Positions 18,889-28,185 of a stretch of 64,000 bases of DNA are shown piece by piece. Made by a program: the position numbers and the translations under genes. Source of the stretch: Acidimicrobiia bacterium (GTDB lineage Bacteria; Actinomycetota; Acidimicrobiia; IMCC26256; JACDBD01); the NCBI GenBank assembly GCA_050743365.1, contig JBOGFI010000072.1, forward strand, positions 25,667-89,666, written 5' to 3'. The notes beneath the pieces are model-generated. The model worked only from the letters and a program-made list of their open reading frames with translations, did not search any database and was not told where the DNA came from. Numbering within the stretch: position 1 is the stretch's first letter; every line of letters starts with the position of its first letter.

Positions 18889-20514
18889 CTACCGGCGAGC
18901 GGCCTCCTTCTCGGCCCGCTTCGCCTCCCGCTTGCGGGTCCGGGCACTCCGCGAGCCGCGCCGCCCGTAGTAATAGCGGTAGCCATAGCCGTAGTCGACC
19001 TCGCGTGCGGTCCGGTTGAAGACCGCGCCGACGAGCCGGGCGTCGACCTGCCCGAGCTTCGCCACCGCCCGCTGGAGCCGCTTGCGCGTCGTAAAGCCCG
19101 CCATCACGACGAGCAGCGTCGCGTCCGCCCACGTGGAGACCACCGCGGCGTCGGTCACCGGGAGCACCGGCGGCGAGTCAATGATGACGGTGTCGGCCTG
19201 GGCCGCGAGCTCCTCGAGGAGGCCCTTCGTGAGCGGTGACCCCAAGAGCTCCGAGGGGTTCGGGGGAAAGGGGCCGGAGGCGAGCAAGGAGAGGTGCTCC
19301 TCGCCCGGGACCCGCTGGAGGGCGGTCGCGAGCGGCTGACGGCCCAGCAGCACGGAAGTGAAGCCCACGTCGTTGGGGAGGTCGAAGTACTCGTGGACTC
19401 GCGACCGGCGCAGGTCGAGATCCACGATCACCACGCGCTGCCCCGCCCGGGCGAGCATGGCCGCAAGGTTGGCGACCGTCGTGGTCTTGCCCTCGGCGGC
19501 GATGGGGCTCGTGACCTGGAGCGTGCGCAGCTGACGGTCGAGGCTCAGGAACTGCACCGCGGTCCGCAGCGATCGGTAGGCCTCGGCCGGTGGTGAGTTG
19601 GGGGCCGTGAGCGCGACCACCCCGGGCGACCTGGTCTTCCACTCCACCGAGGGCACGTGCCCGAGGACGGGCAACCACGTGCCGGTCGATCGGTCGAGGT
19701 CCTCCGCTGTCTTGATGGAGTCGTCGAGGTAGTCGACGACGAAGGCGAGCCCGATGCCGAGCACGAGCCCGATCCCGGCGGCCACGAGACCGTTGCGCAC
19801 GGGGTTGGGCCGCACCGGGTTCTCCGGGGCGACGGCGCGCTTCACCACCCGCGGACCGCCGCTCGCGAGCCCCGCCTCCAGGTCGAGCTCGTCGAGCTTC
19901 TGGCGGAACAGCAGCCGTTGCTCGATCAGCGCGTCGCGCTCGGCCTGGAGGCTCGCGGCGACGGCGCCGCGCTCGTCGTCGGGAGTGAACGCCACCTGGG
20001 CATCGATCTCGCCGATCCGCCGGTCGACTTCGCTGATCCGGCCCTGGATCTTCCGCGCCGCCTCCAAAACGGCCTCGGACTCCCGCTGCCGGCCGACCTC
20101 GATGTAGGCCTCGGTGTAGGCGTTGACCGCCTCTGCCGCGCCCGCGGGATCGGTGCTCTCGACGCTGATCTCGATGATGTCGGTCTCGCCGACCTGCTCG
20201 GCCGACACGTCGGGCGCGACGCCGAGCTTCTCGGCGACCGCCTCGCCGATGTCGGAGCTCTCGAAGATCCGGATCTCGGTCTCGGCGGCGTTGGGGTCGA
20301 CGGGGGCCACCTGGTCCGACAGCGGGTTGTCGCGCCGCGAGTTGAGCAGCACCTCGCCCTCGGCCCGGTAGACCTTCTCCTGCTGGAGGGTGAGCGCGAC
20401 GGCCGTGCCCACGACGGCCAGGACGACGAGTGCGACGACCCAGGCGCGGCGGCGGGCGATCCGCAGGTAGTCGAGGAGGCTCAGCTCCCGCGTCTCGCCG
20501 TTCGGGTCCGGCAT
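18889..20514 (-). CDS. Polysaccharide co-polymerase / BY-type tyrosine autokinase (Wzc-like)
   Basis: The real start is ATG at 20514 (MPDPNGETRELSLLDYLRIARRRAWVV). It has an N-terminal Wzz-like domain with a TM segment and coiled region. Walker A is SPIAAEGKTTTVANLA. The C-terminal tyrosine cluster is DYGYGYRYYYG, followed by a basic tail. Confidence 0.9.
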   Translation of the reverse strand: MPDPNGETRELSLLDYLRIARRRAWVVALVVLAVVGTAVALTLQQEKVYRAEGEVLLNSRRDNPLSDQVAPVDPNAAETEIRIFESSDIGEAVAEKLGVAPDVSAEQVGETDIIEISVESTDPAGAAEAVNAYTEAYIEVGRQRESEAVLEAARKIQGRISEVDRRIGEIDAQVAFTPDDERGAVAASLQAERDALIEQRLLFRQKLDELDLEAGLASGGPRVVKRAVAPENPVRPNPVRNGLVAAGIGLVLGIGLAFVVDYLDDSIKTAEDLDRSTGTWLPVLGHVPSVEWKTRSPGVVALTAPNSPPAEAYRSLRTAVQFLSLDRQLRTLQVTSPIAAEGKTTTVANLAAMLARAGQRVVIVDLDLRRSRVHEYFDLPNDVGFTSVLLGRQPLATALQRVPGEEHLSLLASGPFPPNPSELLGSPLTKGLLEELAAQADTVIIDSPPVLPVTDAAVVSTWADATLLVVMAGFTTRKRLQRAVAKLGQVDARLVGAVFNRTAREVDYGYGYRYYYGRRGSRSARTRKREAKRAEKEAARR

Positions 20515-20521
20515 CGACGAG

Positions 20522-20527
20522 ATCGTA
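20522..20527 (-). promoter_or_regulatory. Candidate -10 hexamer (TACGAT) 7 nt upstream of the Wzc-like ATG; possible leaderless transcript
   Basis: The minus strand reads gggTACGATctcgtcgATG. It fits TANNNT at the spacing expected for actinobacterial leaderless mRNAs. No SD is visible. Confidence 0.25.
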
Positions 20528-20576
20528 CCCGCCGCGCGAAGGCTCTCCCTGGACCGCGCCGGCCTGGGCCCCGACG

Positions 20577-20737
20577 CTAGGCCCGCACGAGCAGGAGGAT
20601 CAGCGTGTAGTGGCAGGCGCCCGCCGTGACGACCATCGCATGCCAGACCTCGTGGTAGCCGAAGACGGCCGGTCGCAGCGCGGGCCGTCCGGCAGCCAGC
20701 ATCACGGCACCGACGGTGTACATGAGGCCGCCGGCGA
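20577..20737 (-). pseudogene. 3' fragment (last 53 codons plus stop) of a hemolysin-III family gene; direct-repeat copy A
   Basis: 161 nt match 23238-23398 with 7 mismatches by my alignment. The fragment translates to ...AGGLMYTVGAVMLAAGRPALRPAVFGYHEVWHAMVVTAGACHYTLILLLVRA*. No upstream coding continuation exists. Confidence 0.8.
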
Positions 20738-20843
20738 TGCAACGCCCGCGAGTTTGATCACGTGAGACCCTTCGGTCCCAGTCGCCTCGCAGTCGGGCCT
20801 TTCACTCAGGCGGATCCCCTTAGTAACCGCCGGGAGGCACCGC

Positions 20844-21860
20844 TTACCTAGCCCTGAGTCCACCCTCGGCCACGCGTCCATCGGTCTCGGCGACCTCGAT
20901 GCGGTCACGTCCGTTCGCCTTCGCTTCGTAGAGCGCACCGTCGGCGCGCTGAAGCGTTGTCCTCGGGCTCTCGCCCTCCCGGTGCACGGCAATGCCGGCT
21001 GAAAACGTGGTGACGGCCTCATTCCACTCGTCGCGGAGGCGGCGCAGCACGTCCTGAGATCCGCTGACCCCTCCGCGCGCGAGGACCATCGCGAACTCTT
21101 CGCCGCCGTACCGCGCCACGCTGTCGCTGTCGCGAGTCACGGACCGCATGGCGTCCGCGAACTGCTGCAGTGTGTCGTCGCCCACTTGATGGCCATGGAC
21201 GTCGTTGACTCTCTTGAAGCAATCGAGGTCGACGACGACCACCGCGTCACCTGGCTGCATGGACGTCAGCGCTCGCTCGTAGCACCTGCGATTGCCGAGT
21301 GCGGTGAGAGGATCGGTCTCTGCGATGCGCTCGAGGTGATGCGTGCGTTGGCTCAAGGCGCGAGCGAGTAGCTCGCCGATCAAGCACCACATCGGGGCGG
21401 CGATCGCGAGGGCTGTGAGCCCGGAGCGCATTGCGTGACCGCTACCGATGACGTAGGACAGGACTGCGATCGGCACCATCCGCAGGGGTACACCGGGCCG
21501 GCCAACGAGGCCGATGTAGACGAAAGTAAAGCTGTACAGGGAGATGTACAGGGTAAGGACGCCCGGGGTGAGAACGCCGGCGACGGCCAGCAGCACATAC
21601 CCCATGATGGGGAGGGCGACGAGGGGCCGAGCACCCCACCGTGACCACGGCAAACGCGGAATGACGAGTCCAACCGCCAGCGCCACCAGACCCATCGTGC
21701 CGATCGTGAGTCGCGGGACGTTCGGTGGAGTCAGGGGCAAGGTGATCCAGACGATCGTCGCCGCCCCGACGAAGAGCACCGCGCCGATCCGAGCTCCTCG
21801 GACGGATTCACTTTCACCGGCACGGCCGAGCAGGAGTGCATCCAAGTACGACTGGCTCAT
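20844..21860 (-). CDS. Membrane-bound diguanylate cyclase (GGDEF)
   Basis: ATG at 21860 gives MSQSYLDALLLG and overlaps the EAL gene stop (ATGA). There are about 6 N-terminal TM segments. The motif RDSDSVARYGGEEF carries an intact GGEEF and an RxxD I-site 5 residues upstream. Confidence 0.9.
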   Translation of the reverse strand: MSQSYLDALLLGRAGESESVRGARIGAVLFVGAATIVWITLPLTPPNVPRLTIGTMGLVALAVGLVIPRLPWSRWGARPLVALPIMGYVLLAVAGVLTPGVLTLYISLYSFTFVYIGLVGRPGVPLRMVPIAVLSYVIGSGHAMRSGLTALAIAAPMWCLIGELLARALSQRTHHLERIAETDPLTALGNRRCYERALTSMQPGDAVVVVDLDCFKRVNDVHGHQVGDDTLQQFADAMRSVTRDSDSVARYGGEEFAMVLARGGVSGSQDVLRRLRDEWNEAVTTFSAGIAVHREGESPRTTLQRADGALYEAKANGRDRIEVAETDGRVAEGGLRAR

Positions 21861-23095
21861 GGGAGGCCGGGGATCCACTGATCGGTGGAGCGGCTGCGTC
21901 CCCGCCGCTGATCCTTCTGCGCTTCCAGCGCGTCGGTGAGCTCGCGAGGTGTTGAGGGCACCCCCAGGTGGAACCCTTGGCCGTAGTCGCAACGCATCGC
22001 CTTCAACAGCTCCAGCTGCGCTGCCGTCTCGATCCCTTCCGCGATCGCCGTGAGGTCGAGCGTGTGGGCGAGCAGGATGATCGTGCCGACGAAGGCCTGT
22101 CCCTGTTCGCTCTCGGTGATCCGTGCCGTGAAGGAGCGATCAAGCTTGACCGTGTGGACCGGGAAGAGGTGAACGTACGAGAGCGAGGACTGGCCGGTGC
22201 CGAAGTCGTCGATCGCCAGCCGCACCCCGAGCTCGCGAAGAGCTGTGAGCTGACGGAGGCAGAGCTCCATGTCTTCCATCACGGCGGTCTCGGTGACCTC
22301 GAAGGTCAGGTGCCCCGGATCGATGCCATGGCTGTCGATCGCTGTCCCGACGCGGGCCAGGAGCTCGGGATCGGCCAGTTCACGAGCCGACAGGTTCATC
22401 GAGACGGTGAAGCGCGGCTCATCGGTCAGCCCGCTCCACTGCACGATGTGTCGGCACACGTCGTGGAGCACGAACTCGCCGAGCTCGACGACGAGGCCCG
22501 TTGCCTCAGCCGCGGGAATGAAGTCAGCTGGAGGGACCAAGCCGCGGCTCGGGTGGCGCCAGCGGATGAGCGCCTCGGCTCCGACCACGCGGCGGCGCCG
22601 ACCCACGACGTCGAAGATCGGCTGGTAGTGCACCTCGAGCTCATGGTGCGCGAGTGCCCGGCGCAATGACCGGTCGGTGCGGGCGAACCGGAGGGCTGTG
22701 AGCCGTAGGGCACGCGGCTGATTGATGAGGAGTGCGAGCACCTGGCCGATACCGAGGAAGAACCCTGTGCGCATACCCCAGTCACTGAACACCTGCGACG
22801 TGCCGTCGGTAACGTCGAGGGGCAGCAGCGGCCCCGCGAGGAGGCCCGACACGATCGACGTGATGAACGTGCCCGCCCATCCGAAGCGCAGCGCCGCGAA
22901 GATGATCGGGATGTAGAACCAGTGCGGCGGCACAGGCCCGGCCCCGCCCAAGGCGAAGGCGATGGCCCACGAGGCTGCGAGCAGCCCGACAATTGCGCAG
23001 ACGGCGAGGCCTGCCGGCAGCTCTGCTGACACGCCTGCGACCTGCGCGGCCGTGCGCTGGCGCCAATGGAACCCGGGCGACGCTGGAGCAGCCAT
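21857..23095 (-). CDS. Membrane-bound c-di-GMP phosphodiesterase (EAL)
   Basis: ATG at 23095 is preceded by GAGGAG. N-terminal TM segments are present. The EAL-domain motifs EALIRW, MNLSAREL, FEVTE, DDFGTGQSSLSYV, KLDRSF, AEGIET and YGQGF are all present. Confidence 0.9.
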   Translation of the reverse strand: MAAPASPGFHWRQRTAAQVAGVSAELPAGLAVCAIVGLLAASWAIAFALGGAGPVPPHWFYIPIIFAALRFGWAGTFITSIVSGLLAGPLLPLDVTDGTSQVFSDWGMRTGFFLGIGQVLALLINQPRALRLTALRFARTDRSLRRALAHHELEVHYQPIFDVVGRRRRVVGAEALIRWRHPSRGLVPPADFIPAAEATGLVVELGEFVLHDVCRHIVQWSGLTDEPRFTVSMNLSARELADPELLARVGTAIDSHGIDPGHLTFEVTETAVMEDMELCLRQLTALRELGVRLAIDDFGTGQSSLSYVHLFPVHTVKLDRSFTARITESEQGQAFVGTIILLAHTLDLTAIAEGIETAAQLELLKAMRCDYGQGFHLGVPSTPRELTDALEAQKDQRRGRSRSTDQWIPGLP

Positions 23096-23237
23096 CGTGG
23101 CACTCCTCAACCTCAACGACCGCGACAGGCTCACTGCGGGATATCGTCGGATGTCGCCGGGTCTTGAGGGCGTTTTGTCGACTACGGGCCAGCCGATCGC
23201 CCCAGTGGGTACGCGATGGGCGCCCTTCCCAGCGCGT

Positions 23238-23398
23238 CTAGGCCCGCACGAGCAGGAGGATCAGCGCGTAGTGGCACGCGCCCGCCGTGACGACCATCGC
23301 ATGCCAAACCTCGTGGTAGCCGAAGACGGCCGGTCGCAGCGCGGGCCGGCCGGCAGCGAGCATCACGGCGCCGACGGTGTACATGACGCCGCCGGCGA
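23238..23398 (-). repeat. Direct-repeat copy B (intact gene 3' end) of the 161-bp hemolysin-III segment
   Basis: It matches 20577-20737. The two copies are 2661 bp apart and bracket the GGDEF and EAL genes. Confidence 0.9.
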
Positions 23399-23894
23399 GC
23401 AGCAGCCCCAGCTCGACCGGACCCAACCTGCGCAAGAGCTCGGGGGCAGCGACCACCCCGAGCCAGCCGAGGGCGAGGTACAGCGCCATGCCCACCCGGT
23501 GGAGCCGGTCGAGGCAGATGACGGTGAGGACCACGCCGGCGAGGCATCCGACCCAGGCGACCGACAGCAGCGCGATGCCCCAGGCCGGTCGCAGCACGAG
23601 CAGCGTGATGGGCGTGTACGTGCCCGCGATCAGCACGAAGATCATCGAGTGGTCGAGATGCTTCATGATGCGCTCGGCCCGGGGCGACCAGGCCCGTCGG
23701 TGGTACGCGGCGCTGGTGGCGTACACGGCTGCGAGGCTCACCGCGAAGATCGCCGCCCCCGTACGGGCCTCGGCGCCGCGGCCGGCAGCCACCAGCCCGA
23801 GGCCGGCGGGGACCGACGCCACGAACGCGAGCTGGTGCAGCCGGCCCCGCCAACGAGGCTTCGGCTTGGCGACGGCGGTCTCGACCGCGGGCAC
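23238..23894 (-). CDS. Hemolysin III / PAQR family membrane protein
   Basis: This is the C-terminal part of the artefactual 681-aa track ORF. An in-frame GTG at 23894 gives MPAVETAVAKPKPRWRGRLHQLAF, followed by 7 TM-like segments and ...FGYHEVWHAMVV. Confidence 0.85.
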   Translation of the reverse strand: MPAVETAVAKPKPRWRGRLHQLAFVASVPAGLGLVAAGRGAEARTGAAIFAVSLAAVYATSAAYHRRAWSPRAERIMKHLDHSMIFVLIAGTYTPITLLVLRPAWGIALLSVAWVGCLAGVVLTVICLDRLHRVGMALYLALGWLGVVAAPELLRRLGPVELGLLLAGGVMYTVGAVMLAAGRPALRPAVFGYHEVWHAMVVTAGACHYALILLLVRA

Positions 23895-23965
23895 GGAGAC
23901 ATCTTGGCCGGTCGCCGAGCTGGATGGGCGGCACCCCCGCGACGGCCCACCGGGGGTGGCGATGG

Positions 23966-25390
23966 TCAGGCCTGGATGATGACGAGCCGCTCCTCGGTCA
24001 TCTCGCGCACCGCCCAGTGCGGGCCCTCGCGGGTGTTGCCGGAATCGCGCCGGCCGCCGTAGGGCATCTGGTCGGCCCGGAACGTCGGCACCTCGTTCAC
24101 GAGCACGCCGCCGTAGTCGAGGGTGCGGGCGGCGCGCAGGGCCGTCGGCAGGTGCGACGTGAAGATGGCGGCCTGGAGCCCGTAGCGCGAGTCGTTGGCG
24201 AGCCGCAGCGCCTCGCCCACGTCGCTGTAGGCCTGCACGGCCACCACCGGGCCGAAGACCTCGAGCGCGCACACCTTCATGTCGGGCTTCACGTTGGCGA
24301 GCACCGACGGTCGGACGAACGGGCCGTCGACCCCACCCCCGGTGAGGACGTCGGCGCCCGCGGCCGCGGCCTCGTCGACCCACGAGACGACCCGGTCGCG
24401 TTCCGCGGTCGAGATCAGCGACGACACGTCGGTGTCCTCGGCCAGCGGGTCGCCCAGCTTCAGGGCCTCGACTTTGGGGACCAGGGCGTCGAGGAACGGC
24501 TCGACGATCGACTCGTGGGCGTAGACGCGCTGGGTGGAGATGCACGACTGGCCGGCGTGGCTGTACCCGGCCACGGAGATCTTCCCGGCGGCCGTCGCGT
24601 AGTCGGCGTCGGGCTCGAGGATCACGGGGGCGTTGTTGCCCAGCTCGAGGCCGACCTTCTTGCGGGGGGCGCGTGCCTTGATGCCCCAGCCCACGTCGGG
24701 CGAGCCGGTGAACGTGATCATGGCGACGTCGGGATGGTCGACGAGGGCGTTGCCGACGGTGCCGCCGCCGCCGGTGACCACGTTGAGCCAACCGGACCGC
24801 AGTCCGCACTCGTCGAGCAGGAGATCGGCGAGCGCAAGGGCTGACAGCGGCGTCTGCGACGCCGGCTTGAGCACCACCGGGCAACCGGCCGCGATCGCGG
24901 GCGCGACCTTGTGCGCCACCAGGTTGAGCGGGAAGTTGAACGGGCTGATGGCGCCGACGACGCCGATGGGTACCCGCAGGGTGAACGCGAGCTTGCCCGC
25001 CCCGGCGTCGCTGCCCTCCATGGGGACGAGGTCGCCGGCCAGCGTGCGCGCCTCGATCGCCGCGAACGTGAAGGTGGAGACGGCCCGCTGGGCCTCGACG
25101 CGTGCCGTCTTGATCGGCTTGGCGGCCTCGGCGGCGATGATCCGGGCGAAGTCCTCGGTACGCTCTGCGAGCAGCCCGGCGGCGCGCTCGAGCACCTCGG
25201 CCCGCTCCCACGCCGCCGGCGCGCCGGCGGCGAGCACGTCGCGGGCCGCCTCGACCGCCCGGTCGACCTCGGCCGACCCGCACGCCGGCACCCGGCCCAG
25301 CTCGGCGCCGTCGTAGGGCGACTCGACCGCGATGGTGCCCCCGGTGGTGACCCGCTCGCCGCCGATGGGGAGGGTGCGAGGCTCGATCAT
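23966..25390 (-). CDS. NAD(P)-dependent aldehyde dehydrogenase
   Basis: ATG at 25390 gives MIEPRTLPIGGERV and is preceded by GGGAG. The motifs are FTGSPDVG, LELGNNAP and the catalytic-Cys region HAGQSCISTQR. Confidence 0.9.
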   Translation of the reverse strand: MIEPRTLPIGGERVTTGGTIAVESPYDGAELGRVPACGSAEVDRAVEAARDVLAAGAPAAWERAEVLERAAGLLAERTEDFARIIAAEAAKPIKTARVEAQRAVSTFTFAAIEARTLAGDLVPMEGSDAGAGKLAFTLRVPIGVVGAISPFNFPLNLVAHKVAPAIAAGCPVVLKPASQTPLSALALADLLLDECGLRSGWLNVVTGGGGTVGNALVDHPDVAMITFTGSPDVGWGIKARAPRKKVGLELGNNAPVILEPDADYATAAGKISVAGYSHAGQSCISTQRVYAHESIVEPFLDALVPKVEALKLGDPLAEDTDVSSLISTAERDRVVSWVDEAAAAGADVLTGGGVDGPFVRPSVLANVKPDMKVCALEVFGPVVAVQAYSDVGEALRLANDSRYGLQAAIFTSHLPTALRAARTLDYGGVLVNEVPTFRADQMPYGGRRDSGNTREGPHWAVREMTEERLVIIQA

Positions 25391-25463
25391 CGCGGCTCCC
25401 TGGCTCGTTCGCACGACGTCGTCAGCCTTCCACACCGCCGGTCGGGCTATTCCGGGAGCAGCG

Positions 25464-26631
25464 CTAGGCAACCACCTTCAGTAGCAGCTCCTCGACCCGT
25501 TGTGCCGACGAGTTCCAGTTCAGGCGGGATTCGAACTCGTCGAACGACGAGAGGGCCAACCGCTCGTACGCGTCACGGTCCAGGAACACGCGGGCGACGT
25601 ACTCGCAGTAGTCGGTCGCGGGCGCGTCCTTCGGGAAGCGCTGGCCGTTTCGCCCGTTGGCGACCAACGACGAGACGCCGCCGACATCGGTCACGATCGA
25701 CGGCACTCCGAACGAGCTGGCTTCGGCGCACACCGTAGGTGTCGCATCTGCCGTCGTGGGGAGCACGAGGAAGTGCGCCTCCTGCATCAGGCGATCGAAT
25801 CGTTCCGCTCCTTCGGCGGTCGACTTCGCGATATTGCCGTGCAGGGTCACGCAGTCGGGGAGCGGCCGGTGGCGCGATCTCGGACTGGCTCCGATGACTG
25901 CCAGCTCGGTGCGCAGTCCCTGTTGGTTGAGCAGCCATCTCGACCGCGGTGTCGCCGCCCTTTCTCTCCCAGTCGCTGCTGATGAAGATCAGACGGCAAG
26001 TCGTTCGAGACCTCAGCGCGACGAGACGCTCAACGTCACGGGCAGTCCGCTGGCAATCGATGTTGGCGCCGAAGGGCACTACCGCCACTCGTGTCGGATC
26101 GATCGCGTAATGGTCGACCGCACCCTTAGCCGCCCATTCCGAGGAATAGATCGCCAGGGTGCACCGGCTGAGCGCCGCCGTGTCGTTGGCGAGGCCGTCG
26201 CGGATGGTGGCGTCCGCGAGCTTGGCCTTCGAGTCGGAATAGACCTCGATCGTGCTGGCAAACGTCGCGTCGGTCCAGATCACGATGGGCTGATCGCAGT
26301 CGAGATAGGCGACGGGCTGCGACCCCTGGCTCATGGGGCTCAGTACGACCTCGGCGTCCGTCCGGCGTAGCTGGCTCGAGATCTGGCGAGCGAAATCCCT
26401 GACGAGGAACCGATCGCGCTTGGCGTCGTAGCGCAGGCGCGAGGAAGCAAGGTGCTCGTGGTAGAGCTTCCTCGCGAGCACCAGGGACATGACAGGCCTT
26501 CGGCGGCTGAGCGACAAGAACTCGAGCGGGAGGCGCCGATGCTGCAGCGCTCGCATCATGTAGTGGAGTCGCCCACCGAACGCGTCGGGATCCGTGAGGT
26601 CGTGCTGACTCACGCACGCGACCTTGAGCAC
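25464..26631 (-). pseudogene. Glycosyltransferase family 4, disrupted by a +1 frameshift near 25925-25945
   Basis: The N-terminal frame (track ORF 25573..26631) is convincing up to ...RLIFISSDWERKGGDTAVEMAAQ and then turns to junk. The continuation LNQQGLRTELAVIGASPRSRHRPLPDCVTLHGNIAKSTAEGAERFDRLMQEAHFLVLPT...FGVPSIVTDVGGVSSLV lies in the +1 frame and ends at 25464. Confidence 0.75.
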
Positions 26632-26777
26632 CGCGCCCTCTCACCCTCCCTGTTGCCGCAACTTGGCACCACGTCCGGCGGATTGCCTCGAGGCCCGGTC
26701 ACGCCCGGCCGCACTCTATGGCGATTGTGCCCCCACGCGTGGACGGCCGTTCTCCGAGTCGCTCCTGGGTCCCCGAC

Positions 26778-26809
26778 TCAGCGCCCCCGGCAGTCAGCGC
26801 CCCCGGCAG
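26778..26809 (-). repeat. Perfect 2 x 16-nt tandem direct repeat (plus strand tcagcgcccccggcag) covering the last 12 nt of tRNA-Arg plus 4 nt of trailer
   Basis: Read directly: 26778-26793 is identical to 26794-26809. The second copy is part of the tRNA 3' end. Confidence 0.9.
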
Positions 26810-26869
26810 GATTCGAACCTGCGCACACGGCTCCGGAGGCCGATGCTCTATCCCCTGAGCTACGGGGGC
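26798..26869 (-). tRNA. tRNA-Arg (anticodon CCG)
   Basis: The minus strand reads GCCCCCG TA GCTC AGGGGATA GAGC A TCGGC CTCCGGA GCCGT GTGC GCAGG TTCGAAT CCTGC CGGGGGC G. This folds as a cloverleaf with a 7-bp acceptor stem, a GTTCGAAT T-loop and anticodon loop CU-CCG-GA. There is one U-U mismatch at the top of the anticodon stem, and CCA is not encoded. Confidence 0.85.
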
Positions 26870-26910
26870 GGAGACACGAGGGTACCGCTGCCGTGCCACA
26901 ATCTCGGCCC

Positions 26911-28185
26911 ATGAATCCAGAAGCGGGGCGACAGAGAGTCCTCGTGGTCGGGCAGGGCTATGTGGGCCTACCGGTCGCGATGCGTTCCGTAGCGGTCGGC
27001 CACGCGGTCATGGGCTTCGACTCCGACGAGGAGCGGGTGAAGCTGCTGGCGGCGGGCGAGTCTCAGGTCGAGGACGTCCCTGCGCCGACCCTGATGGCGG
27101 CGCTGGCAACGGGCCGGTACCGACCCTCGAGCCGACCCGACGACTGCGCCGGCTTCGACGTGGCGGTGATCGCGGTCCCTACGCCGCTCGCCGAGGGCGT
27201 CCCTGACCTCTCCCACATCGAGGCAGCCGGTGCGATGCTCGCGCACCACGTCCGCCGGGGAGCGACCGTCGTCCTCGAGTCGACGACGTACCCCGGTACC
27301 ACCGAGGAGCTCCTGGTACCGATCATCGAGAACGGCAGCGGCCTGGCGGCCGGGCTCGATTTCCACGTCGGGTACAGCCCCGAGCGCATCGACCCGGGGA
27401 ACCCCATCTGGACCCTTGCCAACACTCCCAAGGTCGTCTCGGGGATCGACGAGGCGTCGCTCGAGGCGGTCCGGTCGTTCTACGAGACGATCGTCGAGCG
27501 GACGGTCGTGGTCGCCGGGCCCAAGGAGGCCGAGCTCACCAAGCTGCTCGAGAACACGTTCCGCCACGTGAACATCGCTCTCGTGAACGAGCTGGCGATG
27601 TTCGCGCACGATCTCGGGATCAACGTGCGCGAGGCGATCGATGCGGCCACCACCAAGCCCTTCGGGTTCATGCAGTTCGAGCCCGGACCCGGCGTGGGCG
27701 GCCACTGCCTTCCTATCGACCCGAGCTACCTCTCCTGGCGGGTACGCCGCCGGCTGGGCCAACCGTTCCGCTTCGTCGAGCTCGCCAACGACGTCAACGA
27801 TCACATGCCGGAGTACGTGGTCCGGCGTCTCCTGGTTGCGCTCAACCGGCAGCGGATGGCGGTGAACGGCAGCCGGGTTCTCCTGCTCGGCCTGTCGTAC
27901 AAGCGCAACACCGGCGACGCCCGCGAATCGCCGGCCATCCGCGTCGCTCGCGAGCTCCTGACGCTCGGCGCCGAGGTGCGCGCCGCCGACCCGTACGTCG
28001 CCGACAGGTGGGTCGACCCACGGGTGGTTCGGGTCGATCCCACGGTCGACGAGCTCTCGTCGGCGGACGCGGTGGTGGTCCTCACCGACCACGACGCCTT
28101 CGACTTCGACGCCGTGACCGAGTATGGCCGCTACGTGCTCGACACCCGGAACCGCGTCCACGGGGACCGGGTCGAGAGTCTGTGA
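26911..28185 (+). CDS. Nucleotide-sugar 6-dehydrogenase (UDP-glucose/GDP-mannose dehydrogenase family)
   Basis: ATG at 26911 gives MNPEAGRQRVLVVGQGYVGLPVA (NAD fold). The catalytic-Cys region is GPGVGGHCLPIDP. The track ORF 26452.. is over-extended across the tRNA. Confidence 0.9.
   Translation: MNPEAGRQRVLVVGQGYVGLPVAMRSVAVGHAVMGFDSDEERVKLLAAGESQVEDVPAPTLMAALATGRYRPSSRPDDCAGFDVAVIAVPTPLAEGVPDLSHIEAAGAMLAHHVRRGATVVLESTTYPGTTEELLVPIIENGSGLAAGLDFHVGYSPERIDPGNPIWTLANTPKVVSGIDEASLEAVRSFYETIVERTVVVAGPKEAELTKLLENTFRHVNIALVNELAMFAHDLGINVREAIDAATTKPFGFMQFEPGPGVGGHCLPIDPSYLSWRVRRRLGQPFRFVELANDVNDHMPEYVVRRLLVALNRQRMAVNGSRVLLLGLSYKRNTGDARESPAIRVARELLTLGAEVRAADPYVADRWVDPRVVRVDPTVDELSSADAVVVLTDHDAFDFDAVTEYGRYVLDTRNRVHGDRVESL

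Noticed and set aside
23895-25283. Upstream part of the 681-aa track ORF 23238..25283
   Set aside because: It is an out-of-frame read-through across the aldehyde dehydrogenase gene. Only the last 218 codons (hemolysin III) are real.
25925-25945. Possible programmed +1 frameshift in the GT4 gene
   Set aside because: No slippery heptamer or obvious stimulatory structure is present at the junction. A mutational frameshift or a sequencing error is more parsimonious.
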